DNA from: Pseudothermotoga sp.
Lineage (GTDB): Bacteria; Thermotogota; Thermotogae; Thermotogales; DSM-5069
Reading direction: 5' to 3'
Assembly (NCBI GenBank): GCA_041640575.1
Contig: JBEPZZ010000038.1
Coordinates: forward strand, 1 to 15,817
Length of the DNA stretch: 15,817 bases
Position 1 is the first letter of the stretch. Every line of letters begins with the position of its first letter. The notes below the pieces were generated by a model, which was not told the DNA's origin, ran no database searches, and saw only the letters and a list, made by a program, of their open reading frames with translations. Position numbers and translations under genes: made by a program. Shown here in pieces: positions 15,575 to 15,817 of this stretch.

Positions 15575-15817
15575 ATACTTCTTTTTGGCTTAGATTCTTT
15601 TTATCGTTGCACAATACAATCTTGCATTGTTTTTGGGGTGGCACATTTACCCTGTTTTTCCCATCTGAAATTGCTTCTTTACTTCCCTATCACTTAAACC
15701 TGAATTACAACATGAACAAACAACCTTCGCCCTTGCAACTGTCCCTCTTTCAGGATCAAAATCTATCTCCTTTCCTTCTCTTATCTCAAAATCAATTTCG
15801 TTACCCCTCGGAATTAT
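15575..15817 (-). pseudogene. Truncated DUF1156-type (Zn-ribbon) adenine DNA methylase fragment; enters from the right edge
   Basis: Manual translation [56 protein letters not shown], with TAA at 15649-15647. This resembles the middle of such methylases, and degraded coding-like sequence follows (HPKNN...AKKKYL). Confidence 0.6.

Overview
AT-rich bacterial chromosome segment. Gene content and protein motifs point to Thermotogota (Thermotoga/Pseudothermotoga-like); this is an inference. From left to right: (1) a minus-strand, translationally coupled operon of a BMP-family binding protein, CUT2 ABC ATPase, two permeases, an RpiR-family regulator and an FGGY sugar kinase that runs off the left edge, with a repeated operator over its promoter; (2) a DUF1292-like acidic protein with a His-rich tail; (3) class II B12-dependent ribonucleotide reductase nrdJ with its own promoter, two NrdR boxes and an SD-containing hairpin; (4) rex with a Rex box; (5) a peroxiredoxin-nitroreductase fusion; (6) a decayed HEAT-repeat gene; (7) PPC/DUF296, AIR-synthase-like and M19 dipeptidase genes; (8) a PadR-family regulator coupled to a 95-aa protein with 22 Cys and 12 His plus a coiled-coil tail, under a perfect palindromic operator; (9) a broken DUF1156-type DNA methylase remnant at the right edge. 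The PadR module is the best candidate for an undescribed system: a metallothionein-like metal-sequestration unit. All family assignments come from recognising motifs by eye; no database searches were run.
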